This document shows, piece by piece, positions 38,254-50,450 of a stretch of DNA of 64,000 nucleotides. The stretch's first letter is position 1; each line of letters begins with the position of its first letter. This DNA is from Phyllosticta citribraziliensis (lineage: Eukaryota). Both the position numbers and the translations under genes were made by a program. The notes below the pieces were generated by a model. It searched no databases and was not told where the DNA came from. It worked only from the letters and a program-made list of their open reading frames with translations. The stretch covers positions 1,612,001 through 1,676,000 of the forward strand of contig NW_027117342.1 in NCBI RefSeq assembly GCF_038025025.1, in the 5' to 3' direction.

Positions 38254-38437
38254 CTGCGCGAAAGGTGGTCAGCAAGTTGTCAATTGGAAGTGAGGAGCAT
38301 CGGCAGACAGCCTGATGTCCCGAGAGTTGTCGTGTCGGAGCTCAAGAGCCCAGGACCGCAAATTGATGCTGGAGGCTTGACCCAAAACAGACGAGCTCTT
38401 TGGGCGATCAGGCTGCGCAAACGGCGGGAAGACTTAC
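38254..38437 (-). other. 5'-UTR intron of HSP90 (184 nt)
   Basis: GTAAGT donor at 38437, GCTGAC branch site, and GCAG acceptor at 38254, 26 nt upstream of the ATG. Confidence 0.8.
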
Positions 38438-38599
38438 TGTGTGAAGGGGTATAATTCTAAGAAAGTCGTGAAGAAGAAACGGATGGAACGCGCGTGGGAG
38501 AAGAGCTGCGTGATGAGTGGTTTGAGTGTGATGTCGTGGAAAGAAAAGGTGTTGAGAAGGCTTGGGCAGGCCTTTAAAACTGCGCGCAGCTAGAGTGAC

Positions 38600-38766
38600 C
38601 GAACCTTCTGGATAGCAGCTCGGGGCAACTCCGGGCCTGGGCCAGCTGTCCGAAAATGGTCTAGCTCGCTCCCGTCGACTGCCCGCGTCCCGCCTCCATC
38701 TGCGGCAACCGCGACGACGTGAAGCACAGCGCCAAACGCCTCTTCTACCCAGCTTCCAGAATCCTC
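38600..38766. promoter_or_regulatory. Heat-shock elements upstream of HSP90
   Basis: GAAccTTCtgGA at 38601-38612 and TTCcaGAA at 38754-38761 lie upstream of a TTTTAAA TATA-like box (~38573-38579, minus strand). Confidence 0.6.
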
Positions 38767-40130
38767 CAGCGCCCTCGTTCCGACTGGCTTGACAGCTTGA
38801 TATATGCCGCTGTCCTCTTCATCACTCCTGTCTGCGCTACGTGAGCAGCGTTGGAATAAGAAACGAATGACGAGCAAGTAAAGCGGCGTAGAAGTCAGCT
38901 TCGCGATAGGCTGCATCTGCCAGCTCAATCGACCAACAAGGCCACATGTCAACAGGCCTCTACGCGCTGGTGCGTGGGGCTGTTGGTCGCTTGCGCAAGT
39001 AAAAATCTTCTTCACCCAGGCAACGCGCACACCATGTTGGATCTCGCCTGGCCATTGCTCACTCGGATCTTCAGACCCTCTTTCTTTTCAGGTCCCAGCG
39101 CAGCAGTCTTTCGACCTCTTCCATGGACAACTCTTTGCTCACATGAAATCTGCGTACCTCGGCGTTGATGAGATGCAAAGATCACTGGAACACGATCTTG
39201 AAATACTAATCAGTCAACGTGTTCGTCATCTTTTGAGGCTTCCCGGCCCGACAAGGTCCTCTGTTTCCCCACGGTGGTTTGGTTGCCTCCACCCAATGTA
39301 GATCTTTGTAAGCAACCTCAGCGTCAAGACACCATCCACCTCTGCAAAACTGTGAGGCCCCAAGAAGAGACAGTCTTGCCCACTTGAAACGCTAAAGTCA
39401 CATCACACGAATGACCAGTGCATGTCGTGTCTTTAGGGGTCACTGCTGTTGGAAGGAAAGGAGGCCCCTTGACAACGTAAAATTGGGCATCTGATCTTTT
39501 AATTGATGGAGAGAGTACTCTCGTATCGTGGAAAATCGACTTCTCTACAGCTGACTTGCAGAGTTGACACACCAAAGTACTCCTTCAATGAAAGCCCTTT
39601 GAAAATAGCCAAGTATGACAAGTGCTTCGTCCGTCATCCCTCATTCGCCATCTGGCAATACATATTAGTCTTTCCGATGATCCCTCTCTCCTGCACATGT
39701 CTTCCTCCTATGCAAATCCTAACCTCTCTTCCTGTGCGCTTCACTCCGGCACCGACGACCCGGCCATCCAGGTGTACTCTCTCGTCGATTGTAGACTCGC
39801 ACAAGGCAGACGGACAGGGCGATGTCCCGCGGCTAATCAGTGAGGACAAGCCCAACATACCACACCATTTGCTCAGAGTTTGTCTGCCAGGCTTCCATGC
39901 CCGACAGTGTAGCCAGTGTTTCGTGGACAGAGGATCGCGAGTGGTACGTGGTCGTGGTTAGTCCAGTGCAGGCAATTCGGGCTAGCAAGTGGTCCAGCTG
40001 TGATGCTATTGCGAAGGCGCGAAAAGATTCGGCGGTCCTGGGACCCAGGCTGACCCTTCGATCCACACTGATATCAGCCTGGATCGTTGAAGCATTGTGG
40101 TCGTAATCCGGCGAAGAGCCTGATCCATGC

Positions 40131-41148
40131 TCAATCGCTGTCTTCGTCGCTGTCGCCTCCCATCATGCTACGCCTCGAAGCAGCTGACGCGCCGCTCGGT
40201 CTAGATGCTGGCCGTGCTGCCCTTTCGCCCACGAAAGTTTGCTCCGTCCACTCCTGCTTGCAAACTGGGCACTTCTTGTCGGCTCCCCCTTGTCCCCTGA
40301 AAAATTGTCGAACACAGGCATCATGCAGCCTGCATCTACAAGCGCGGTTGGAACAGCGCTGGCCGACAGTAACAATCTCGCGGCATGCCTCGCAGCTCTT
40401 GACACGGATACGTGCTGTCGCTTCGGCCTCAGTATCATCCTCATCCGGCGATTCGTTGTACATGTCCACGAGCCAGCCACGCAGCTCCATGAGAGCGCGG
40501 GGCGACAGAGAGAGGTAGCCTTTGCGGCTCTTCTCGAACCAGCCCTCCTCGATGAGGTTCTCAATGCACTTTTGAGCATCGTTCATGCTCAGGGTGGAGC
40601 GTGCAGGAGCGGGAGTGTCGTCTTGTTGTGTCTCATGGTTGTTGCTGCGAGGCGCCTTGTGCAGCTGCAGGGCTTGCGTGACCGTGATGGCCATGATTTC
40701 GGCGCGCGGCGTATTGTGGGTCTCGAACATTGCGTCGAGGACACGCTTCACGAATGCGATTTCGTCGGCACTGCGGGTGGTGGCCACTTGCGTAAGCGGG
40801 TCGGATGTGGTGTTGACGATGGCCCATATCCACGTCCGATCTGCCGTTTGAGTGCGGGCGCTGCGGATTTCGAAATCGAGCGGCGAGAGTTCGACGTTGA
40901 TGGATGAAATGTAGCTCGTGACATCGGCTTCAGTAATATCTGCGGCGAGAGTTGGGCGGTCCTCTAGAAAAAGGGCTCAGCGAGGGTGTCTGAACGGCAA
41001 AGGACCAAAAAACTAATATACCGTCTCGTGCTGTAAAGATGGCCGCAAGCACGCGTTTTGCATCCTCAAGAGTCATGGTCGAGCGAGCCATGAAGGCCTG
41101 AAGGAACGCGCGATGAGTGTTGTTGTATGGGGCCTGGTCGACTTCCAT
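40131..41148 (-). CDS. NSE1: Smc5/6 complex non-SMC element 1, RING-like E3 (exons 41148-41022, 40963-40131; 319 aa)
   Basis: Contains YNNTHRAFLQAFMAR, INVELSPLDFEIRS (after splicing), LSPRALMELRGWL, and a C-terminal CxxC..GQRC..C..RLHxxC..CPxC RING-like domain. Confidence 0.93.
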
Positions 41149-41215
41149 GGCTGGTCGATTGATGACGGTAAGTGCGGTGGTGGGGGACGTTTGTGCGGGG
41201 GGATGGATGTGGCAG

Positions 41216-41239
41216 ACGCGAAAAAAAGGGAAGACGCGT
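41216..41239. promoter_or_regulatory. MCB/SCB-like G1/S elements upstream of NSE1
   Basis: ACGCGAAA (41216-41223) and ACGCGT (41234-41239) lie about 70-90 bp upstream of the NSE1 ATG. Confidence 0.55.
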
Positions 41240-41560
41240 CGAGCTAGTGGCTCGTGCGGATTGCAGCGATCTTCAGTGCCGCTGTTGCTGCCAGGGTAGC
41301 ACGGATACGTCTCCCCGCGTTCGGCTAGGCACGGCCCTGGTCCCAGACATTCTCCGCAGCCCGTCCCTGTTCAAAGTCGCAGCACACATAGAGTAGCAAT
41401 CATCGGTGAATAGTCCCAGGGGATTCCATCTTTGTAATACCAACGCCGAACGCTATGCCTCCGAATTATGACGGCCGTATCCATCTCACGTTCAAACTAA
41501 CCTATACCTGTACAAACTGCCCGCAAACCTGTATCCCATCCTAAAGTCTATCGGACCAAC

Positions 41561-44500
41561 TCAAAAAGCCTTGCCCTTGGTACTCCTTCCGACGGTATGA
41601 AACTGTTGGCTAAACTCTTTGCCAATGGCGAGGGTGTCGAACCGGTCGACGCCCATCATGTCCATGGTGTTATAGCCAGAGAGGTAGAATCCGAGAACGA
41701 CGACCAGGTATGAGAGAATAAGAATGGAGCCCTTGAAGTAGTTGCTCTTGCCTTCTCCGTACATGTATGACAGGAGGAAGACACAGAGAATCACTGTGAC
41801 CATGTCCCACTGAGGGAAGATGAGAGCTGCATTCATTAGCTAAAGAAGACCCCGCGCAAAACCTGAATGACTTACAGAACGTATGGTCGGCCATTCTGCT
41901 GGAATCCACATATTGGCCATGAATGGCACTGAACAAAACGAGAGCTGGAATCTGGAGCAGGCAGACCTGAAGGGCGTAGGCTGAACCGATTTCCATTGAC
42001 AATGCAATGTTGCCATTCATGGCGAAGGATATGGCGTTCTGCAAGAGTTAGCGCGATTCAATCCATGAAAGTTTGAATGCTCACCAGGAATTCAGTAGTG
42101 TTCGGTACGAGTGCAAAAAGCGTGATACCAAGGAACTTTTGATCAATGTCACTGTTCTCCAAGACGGCATCCACAGTGCCGACCAAGATCTCGGCGATGA
42201 TGGCGTAGGCGACTGTAGCCGTGAGAAGAATGACAGCAGATTTCGTACGGCTCCAGTTGGGTGCATCATGACCGCCACCCTCGGCGTGCCCTTCTTGGGC
42301 CTCTTCATCTTCACCGATGGCCATGCCCTTGTTGACTGGTGGCCGCTCGACGTGGCGAGCACTGGAAGTTGCGGTGTGCGACTTCTTGGGATGCTTTGCC
42401 ACATCACGAGCTGCTACAGTCGCAGCAGTGGCGGCCATCTCAGCGACCTGACGCACGAGGTTATGATTGTCTTCGTCAGACATGCCTTGCAACAAATTGC
42501 GCCCGCTCCTGTCATCTGCGTGCTCATCACCCTCGTGCGGTGGTGCCAGATGCGGAGTGTTGGAGCCAGTATTCTGATTGGTGCTTTGGGAGGAGATGTG
42601 TTTATCCAGGTTCGCGTCAACCCCAGACGGAGAGAGGCCAGCTTGCTTTAGAGATTGCCCAAGGATGCGCTTGTAAAGAGCGGATTCTCTAATGTCACTC
42701 CGAGGAATCGTGCCGTAGTTTGGTACATGGTCTCCGGCAGGCGTGTGCGCCGGGTGGTGTCCAAGATGCCCGCTTGTACTCAGTTGGCTTGCCGTCATGT
42801 CTACTTTTTCCGGTTTCTTTTCATCCAATTCACTGCTCCAGATGACGGCTGCATGCGTCCTCAGGGTGAAGAGAAGACCAATGACGTATGAAAGGAACAG
42901 CATCACAGCAGCAAACCATGTGAACGGACGGACAGCTTTGACGAAAAATTTATCGTGAATGGTGGGCGATTGGGAAAAGTAGCAGCGTCGGCAGTCTCGC
43001 ATACTCCCAGAGGGTTGGCCAGCACTAGGTTCGCCAGAACTACAGCCATGGCAGTTCAGTTCATGCTAAACACTATTGTAAGCTCGTGCCAGTGAGTTAC
43101 CAAAGGGATGTCACTTACGCTTCCGTATATTTGGTAGAAGAGAGTGGGTCCAAACGCGCCGATCACGGCAAACAAAAGCATGGTTGACGTCACACCTGCA
43201 GACTTGACGTTGAAGCGCTGCGTCTTCCTCTTAAGCGCACCAAAACACATGGAAAGTCCAGGAAGGAAGAGTATACCAGCATGGATGCTGCCAATGATAC
43301 TTCCCTCGACGAGTTGGGCCTTGCCCTCGTTCAACGCGACACAGTAAAGGAACACCTCGACGACGGTGGAGAAGAAAGCATTAATGGTCGCACCGAGTCC
43401 CATGGAAGACTGCGCAGAAATGGACGCGACAGCTTGGCCGATGAAGTAAGCCAGAGGAATGATGGAGAATAGGGCAAGCGCGAAGATCAAGAACTTGTCG
43501 GTCAACGGAATTTTAAGACCTAGGGCCTGGTCGAGGACAAAGTAGTCGAAAATGACAAAAGCAACCACACCCAGTAAGTTGATGAGGAAGATGTTTGTGC
43601 CATCGATGGTGTACTTCCAGTATTTGATGCCTACTGCCCTGTAGGTACACAACAAGACAGAAGAGACGGGTTCTCCAGGCCGACGGATTTCTTTGCTGTC
43701 AGAGTGGAACGAGAGGGCCAGGGGATGGCGGCGGAGATGGTCGAAAAGCAGATAAGTAACGCGGCCCATGGGGATGCTGAACACAAGCAGCCAGCAGATT
43801 CCGGAGACGAGAAGCAAGAGTGGGGTGAGCAAACCGTAAAACATGATGAAGAAGATGACTCTTCCCAAGTTCCACTTGCCTCTTCCAAACAACCTCCGCT
43901 TGGTCGTTCCAGGGCCCGAATCCGATCCACTTCCTCGCGTCGGTCTTCCCAGGAGGCTTTGTGTCTCGTCGGCCGAGTCCACACTGTTGCGACGGCGGCC
44001 AACGAGCGATTTGTTGTTGGAGGGACCAAAGAAGAGGCGACCTTCTTCAATGTCACCGCTCTGCCATTGTTCGTACTCACTGATGCTCCGGCCTTCGCCC
44101 TCGTCTTCTTCCAAGTAGGCCTCGTCCTGGAGAAGCTTGACGTACTTGCCAAAGGGATACAGCAAGTACCAAGCGAGGCCCCAGAACACTTTGCCATACG
44201 CCACAGCGCCGTCTGTGAAACCAACCAAGAAACATATCAGCGCGCCAATGGCTGAGAGAGCCGACAACCACCAGCCGAATATGAGAGCCCAGAGCAGGTT
44301 GAAGAAAATGAGCCAAGGACTGACAAAGCCACCAGGAGTAGAGTGAATGTCACCCTCGGCCGTCTTTTGCACCGATCTGCTTTTCTTGTACAACGCTGGC
44401 TTCCAAATCCTGATACCGAACGGATGGGTTTCATTGATGGCCTCCTGGCGGTCTCGCAACGTGAAGCTCTCGGCGTCGCTAAGGTCGGCATCGTCTTCCT

Positions 44501-45183
44501 CGTCGACATCCTCGCTACCTCCGCCAGAATCCAGTTGTTCTTCCTCTTCCTCTTCACCTCGGACCGTATCCTCTCCGGACGAGCCAGGTTGTGGCTCTGT
44601 GGGCGCAGGAGCATTGGCGGCCATTATCTCTTGCTCGTCTTCGGTAGAATCCACTTTGGCGAGAGTTGGGTGGTGAGCTTGCCGGCGGCGAAGGGTCGAG
44701 GGCACGCGACGCAGTGAGCCGGTCGACATCTTGGCCTGCTTCTGCTGCTGGAGGAGCACCTCGTCGACTTCATCCTCGGCGTCGTCGACCGAAAAGCCTT
44801 GGCCTCGGTGCAAGCGCGTGGTCGAGGTTGTGCGACGTCCCATGGCGGGCTTCTTTTGCGATTTGGAGCTGGCCGGCTGGTCGGAAGCGGCTTGGGATTG
44901 AGCAGGTTGCCTTGAGCCGGTCGACGAACCTGCAGAGGCCAGCGAGGGCGCGTTAGCCTGCGTGCCTTTGACGGTATGATACATGTCTGGGGAGAGGTTA
45001 TTGGACCGTACCAGCGGCGCTACTTGGAGCTGGAGCTGGACCGGAGCTATGCTGGGTCCTTCTAGAAGGAGCACCGGGGCGGGCGCTGCTGTTGACATCG
45101 TCCGCGACCGAAGATGCACGCCTTGGAGCGTCGGAAGAGTCGTCGCGTCGCCCAGTTCCGCCCTTGTCGGCGCCGTCAGCCAT
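41561..45183 (-). CDS. VNX1: Vacuolar/ER cation/H+ antiporter, type II CAX with YccF-like domain, multi-exon
   Basis: Contains RQEAINETHPFGIRIWKPALYKK, SSMGLGATINAFFST, LVPNTTEF, NAISFAMNGNIALSMEIGS and EGKSNYFKGS. The probable first exon 45183-45012 is joined by intron 45011-44930 (GTACGG..GCTAAC..CAG). Confidence 0.92.
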
Positions 45184-45850
45184 GATGGAGATCGACAGGT
45201 CGAGTTCTCGAGGAATGCAGGCAAGCTGTGCAGTGCGCAGGCTTAAGACGGACGGAATGCAGGCTGAGGCTGGGCCGTGCTTGGGCCTAATAAATGAGGC
45301 GGGGAGCGGTAAGACGATGGAATAAATGGCATGCTCTGCTGCGGCGGCAAGTCATTCGAAGGGGCCACGGTCCTGACTGATATGATATTCCAAGTTTGCT
45401 GGTGGCCGGCAGATGACCGCTACCTGACTGGACCTTGCCGTCCTGTGTGCCCACAGCCCACAGAGTGCCTTGACGCGCCAGTAGCTTCACGTGCCGTGTC
45501 CCTCTGGCGTCATGTAGATTCGAATATTGTCCTGGCCTCTGCCCGTCGTGGTGGTGCGCGGCGACTGGCGGCAACGCCATTTGGCAGCTGGCCGCCATCC
45601 CTGCTGCGGTGCATGGCTGGCCCGCTCGGCGAATCTCCGTGCCCGCTGGCTGGCCTGGAGCTTACCTGCAGTAACTCTGAGCTCCAACACCACCCGCAAC
45701 ACATTCAAATCATCGCCTGCCCTACCCTGCGCCGCATCCAACCCCCCCGGCTGAGTCGTCTGTCGCCATCTCCACGGCCATCCGTCCATCCTCAACTCTA
45801 ACCCCACCGCCTTTGCTGCACCCACCCCGTCTCCGGACGCCGCCACCACC

Positions 45851-47076
45851 ATGGCGCTCGACACCTTCTTCCACAACAAGATCGAGAGCATGAAGCTCGA
45901 GATCATCAAGGGCCAGGCTGTCCTGCGTCGTCTGGAGGCACAGCGAAACGACTACAACTCGCGCGTGCGGTTACTGCGCGAGGAGCTGGGCCTGCTGCAG
46001 CAGCCTGGCTCGTACGTGGGCGAGGTCGTCAAGGTCATGAGCACGAAAAAGGTTTTGGTCAAGGTGCATCCCGAGGGCAAATACGGTAGGCCTCAACAAC
46101 AAGCTCCAATGCAAAACGCGATGCTGACTTGGCCGCCCCAGTCGTCGACGTCTTTGACAATGTCGACATATCCAAGCTGACCCCCGGCAAACGCGTCACC
46201 CTCCTCAGCGACTCCTACAAGCTCGAGAAGATGCTGCCATCCTCGGTCGACCCGCTCGTCTCGCTCATGATGGTCGAAAAGGTGCCGGACAGCACGTACG
46301 ACATGATTGGAGGTCTCGACCAGCAAATCAAGGAAATCAAGGAAGTCATCGAACTTGGTCTGAAGCACCCCGAGCTTTTTGAATCCCTGGGAATCGCACA
46401 ACCCAAGGGCGTGCTGCTCTACGGTCCGCCGGGAACGGGAAAGACGCTGCTCGCGCGAGCTGTGGCGCATCACACAGACTGCAAGTTTATCCGCGTCTCG
46501 GGCTCCGAACTCGTACAAAAATACATCGGAGAAGGCTCTCGCATGGTGCGCGAGCTATTCGTCATGGCTCGCGAGCACGCCCCGTCCATCATCTTCATGG
46601 ATGAAATCGACAGCATCGGCAGCAGCCGTGTTGAGGGCTCGTCGGGCGGTGACTCGGAAGTGCAGCGCACCATGCTGGAACTCCTGAACCAACTCGACGG
46701 CTTCGAGCCGACCAAGAACATCAAAATCATCATGGCCACCAACCGCCTCGATATCCTCGACCCGGCTCTCCTTCGTCCCGGCCGCATCGACCGCAAGATC
46801 GAGTTCCCCCCGCCAACCATCGAGGCTCGCGCCGACATTCTGCGCATCCACTCGCGCAAGATGAACCTCACGCGCGGCATCAACCTGACCAAGATTGCGG
46901 AGAAGATGAACGGCTGCTCCGGTGCCGAGCTCAAGGGTGTGTGCACAGAGGCCGGCATGTTCGCGCTGAGAGAAAGGCGCGTGCACGTCACGCAGGAAGA
47001 CTTCGACCTCGCAACGGCCAAGATTCTGAACAAGCACGACGACAAGCAGATGAGTTTGTCCAAGCTATGGAAGTGA
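45851..47076 (+). CDS. RPT6: 26S proteasome AAA-ATPase regulatory subunit Rpt6 (intron 46086-46141)
   Basis: Contains [22 protein letters not shown], Walker A GPPGTGKT, Walker B IIFMDEID, and the C-terminal KLWK. Confidence 0.98.
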
Positions 47077-48315
47077 GCGACGAGGCGGCGGAAGACGAGA
47101 CGTCGCAGGCGCAGCAAGCAAAGGCAACACTGCCGTCGGAGTCGCGGGGGCATGATGATTCTGTCTGGCGCGACGATGATGGCAGTATCTTTTGGGCATG
47201 CCGTGGCCGGCGGAGACGAAGACGTGGGGGAGTAGACACCCGTAGTTGTATGGGTAGAGACGTCGCATCCATAGAAATAATACTGCAAGTTACCAACCCA
47301 CTCATCGCCCATCGTCCAAAGTTGTGGATATCTCCGAACGTTGAAATCTCTTTATCCAACACCCTCTCCACCCCCACGGTCTCCTCCCTGTCTCCCATCC
47401 ACCATCCCAGTCCCTCCCTCCATCCCTCCACACCACCCTCACCACCCCCAGCTACCCTGATCCCATCCTCTTCCGCGCAACTCCGCCCGCCGCCCGCCCC
47501 AACCTCGTCCCTGCCCGTGCCGCCCTCAACCAATCGACACCATCCCTCAACGCAGAGCGTCGGTGGCGCTTGATTGACCAGGCGCGCTGCAGACGCGCGG
47601 TGGGCCTGATGACTTGCTTGCATGCGTTACATGATGCATGGCCGCCGTGTGGGTGTGGTGTTGACTGGCCGGGTGGATGCTGGGTTGTCTGGGCTAGGAC
47701 GCTGTGGCTTTGTGGGCAGATTTTATGGTTGATGGCTGGCGGTGTGCCGTGAGTGACGGACTACATAGGCTTCGTTCTTTCTACCTTGTACATGTGTTTC
47801 GTAATCCAACCACAATGCGAATATCAATGAGAGCCACTCTCGCCATGAACAAACAGACAGAGACAATTCTTGTGCGTGAGAAACTGGCGCAGACGGCCAG
47901 CAAATATCATCAACTATACACTTCACCAATCTACTGACGCTGTGCAGTGAGAGGAGGAAGAGGGGGACGGGGGGAATTTATAAGCAAGGGAGATGGGGAA
48001 AACTTGAAAAGAAGACGGACATCAATCCTTTTTGACGCCAGTTTTGGAACGCCGTCGCTTTCATGCCTTTCTTACTTCAAGATGTCTCTTGGTCTCATGG
48101 TGATATCCTGTAACCTTTTGCGCCATCCCAGGTACCGTTTCTGGGTCATGAGGAGAGAAATGCGATTTATCCGCGCCTTGGCTCTGCCGAGGTAGCGGTG
48201 GAAAGGGGGGTTTGGTGAAGAACAAGGGGGGATATGAATTACCCGTGACGAGTCGCACGTGGAAAACGAAATAGAGAAGAGAGAAGATTTTTGTGAAGCC
48301 AACCAGGGCAAGTTC

Positions 48316-50450
48316 TCAATGCGGGATGGAGGACGTGTTGGAGTATGTGCTGGAGAAATCGGTGCAGCTCGTGACATATCTGTTGGAGAAGCTCATGAAC
48401 TTTGTGCGCTTGCGACCAGAAATTTCTTGACCGAGTCGCCAGCAGACGGGCCCACGGTCTGTCCATCCCCAGAGGACGTCTTCTTCGGCGAACTTGAGCG
48501 AATGTACGACACCGCAGCGCGGAAGACTGACGGGCTGGATCTTGACTATTTCGTCAAAGGGCGCAAATATGTTGTGCTCATCGTCGGTGAGTTGCTTGCG
48601 TCCGCCGCAAGAGTAGTAGTCCCAGCCGCAGCGACGCAGCCAGTCACACTCGTTGGGGTCGCCTATTGACGAAGAAGACAGCGAATCGTCATCATCGTCT
48701 GACGAGTCCGATGTATCCGTCGAGTTCCTTGACGGTGGTCTCGGTCCTGTCGAATCCGTCGAATCCGTGGAGATCGACATGTCGTCGGACTCTGAGGACT
48801 CTGGATCAAGCGTATACTCATCGCTATCTGTCGGGTCCATCGAACTGTCGCTATCTGCGCCACGCGCACGCGTACCGGTCTTCCGCAGCCGCCTGCACGC
48901 GGCCACATTTGCATTTTCGACTCCGATGCATCTCTTTACATCCATGAAGAATGCCAGTGGGTTGATGGTCCAGACTTGAACACCATCCCACGAGGCGACA
49001 GCGATGTGCGTGCCGTCGACCGAAATGGCGAGGATAAGCCCAAGGGAAGATGCGCGGGAAGCTGACATGTCGAGACCATCAAGTTGGGCGACTATCTTGC
49101 TCTGCACGTTCGGATACCTGAGCCTCTCGTCGTATGGATTGCATTCGTCCGAGATATCCACTGCTTTGATTATGTAGGCGCCTGCATATTCTCCATGCGA
49201 CTGAAAGTGCAGCTGAAGAGCCTGACAAATGTGTAAGACTGTGCAAAGACCACTAGATAGTACCCAACTTACCTCGTTCACGTGTAACGGATTCGCTTTA
49301 CGATCGCATCGATGGCGGTCGGCGAGTATGAGACCGCCGAAACCGCGTCTGGTGATGCCTACTCTTGCCAATCCTTCAAAGCTATCAAAGTTTGATATTA
49401 GAGTGTTGGAGCGCAAATAGTCGTCCAATTCCCATTGTGGAGTCGGAGCGAGTGGGAAAGAGAAAAGGGCTCTGTTTCCCTTGACGACTATCTCCGATGG
49501 CGTCAACAACCCCTCGTCTCTGCCGGTTCTTGCAACGATGCTGTTTGGATCCATGGGATCTGTCTCGAAAGTTAGTGCTAGGCAGTCCACATTGCCTGGA
49601 CGGAAATCATGCCTCTGTAAACAGCCGAACATTGTTCAGCTTCCCACGTAGGAAGGTCCCAGCCGTCCCAGGGCGATAAACCAAGGGCGCGCTCTGGCGA
49701 ACTAAACGCCACAAAGGGATTGCCTTCAGGGCTCACACCAAGTGCCGCAGGCTCTCGGCCGTCACCGACATAGATGTCGTCTACAGAGTCAGCCACTACA
49801 CCGGTGGGGTCCCAGAGACGCCAGACGACAAGTTTTGTGAAAAGTTTGGATTGTTGCTGGGCCTGTTTCACGAATGCTCCCGTGCTGGTTCCTGGCAAGC
49901 GGTAGCTGTATAAAACGGCAAGTTTGTCAGGGGCGGTACTCTCAGCTTCGGCAAAGGCGCATTTGAGCACTGTGAATTGTATTTCATCGCTGCGACCCAG
50001 GTGGAGGTGGTGAGGAGAGACGATGCATTTCAGAGTGGATTTGCCCCCCTTCTCCATGCGATGAATGCCGATAGCTCCGGATTTGGAGTTGACCAGAGCC
50101 ATGTATAAATGGGGGTATGGGAAGCAGGAGCACCTGCCGAAGGCACCAAACTTGAAACTTTTGAGGGGAAGCTTGAAGTGCGTCAGGTCGGCGGGTGCAT
50201 GAAGGAGATTGTTTCTTGTGCGATCAGTGAAGATTGCAAAGAGATCGCTTGCCGACATCATTGACAGAATACCGGCAAGCTCCCAGCCTTTGGCGCCAGG
50301 CACATTGTCGATTTGTTGTCTCAGAAGCTTTTTGGAGCCTCGAACATGAGACAAGATGGTCTTGCAGGCTAGTAGGCATTGGTAAAAGCTTGCCGGGTCG
50401 AGGAAACCAAGAATGTCCAAGAGGAGCTCGGACGGCAGCTGGAGCAGCAT
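48316..50450 (-). CDS. F-box domain protein
   Basis: The N-terminus MLLQLPSELLLDILGFLDPASFYQCLLACK matches the F-box pattern. Two ORFs are joined by a phase-1 intron ending at 49560 (ACTAAC branch, CAG acceptor). The C-terminal region is beta-rich with an acidic insert. Confidence 0.85.

Noticed and set aside
36248..38293. 681-aa ORF antisense to HSP90
   Set aside because: It is a shadow of the extreme codon bias in HSP90: rare TTA/CTA/TCA codons mean no antisense stops. The product is L/V/G-rich with no recognisable domain.
45184..45850. Rpn4/PACE site in the VNX1-RPT6 divergent promoter
   Set aside because: There is no exact GGTGGCAAA. Only degenerate GGCGGCAA matches occur, which are common in GC-rich DNA.
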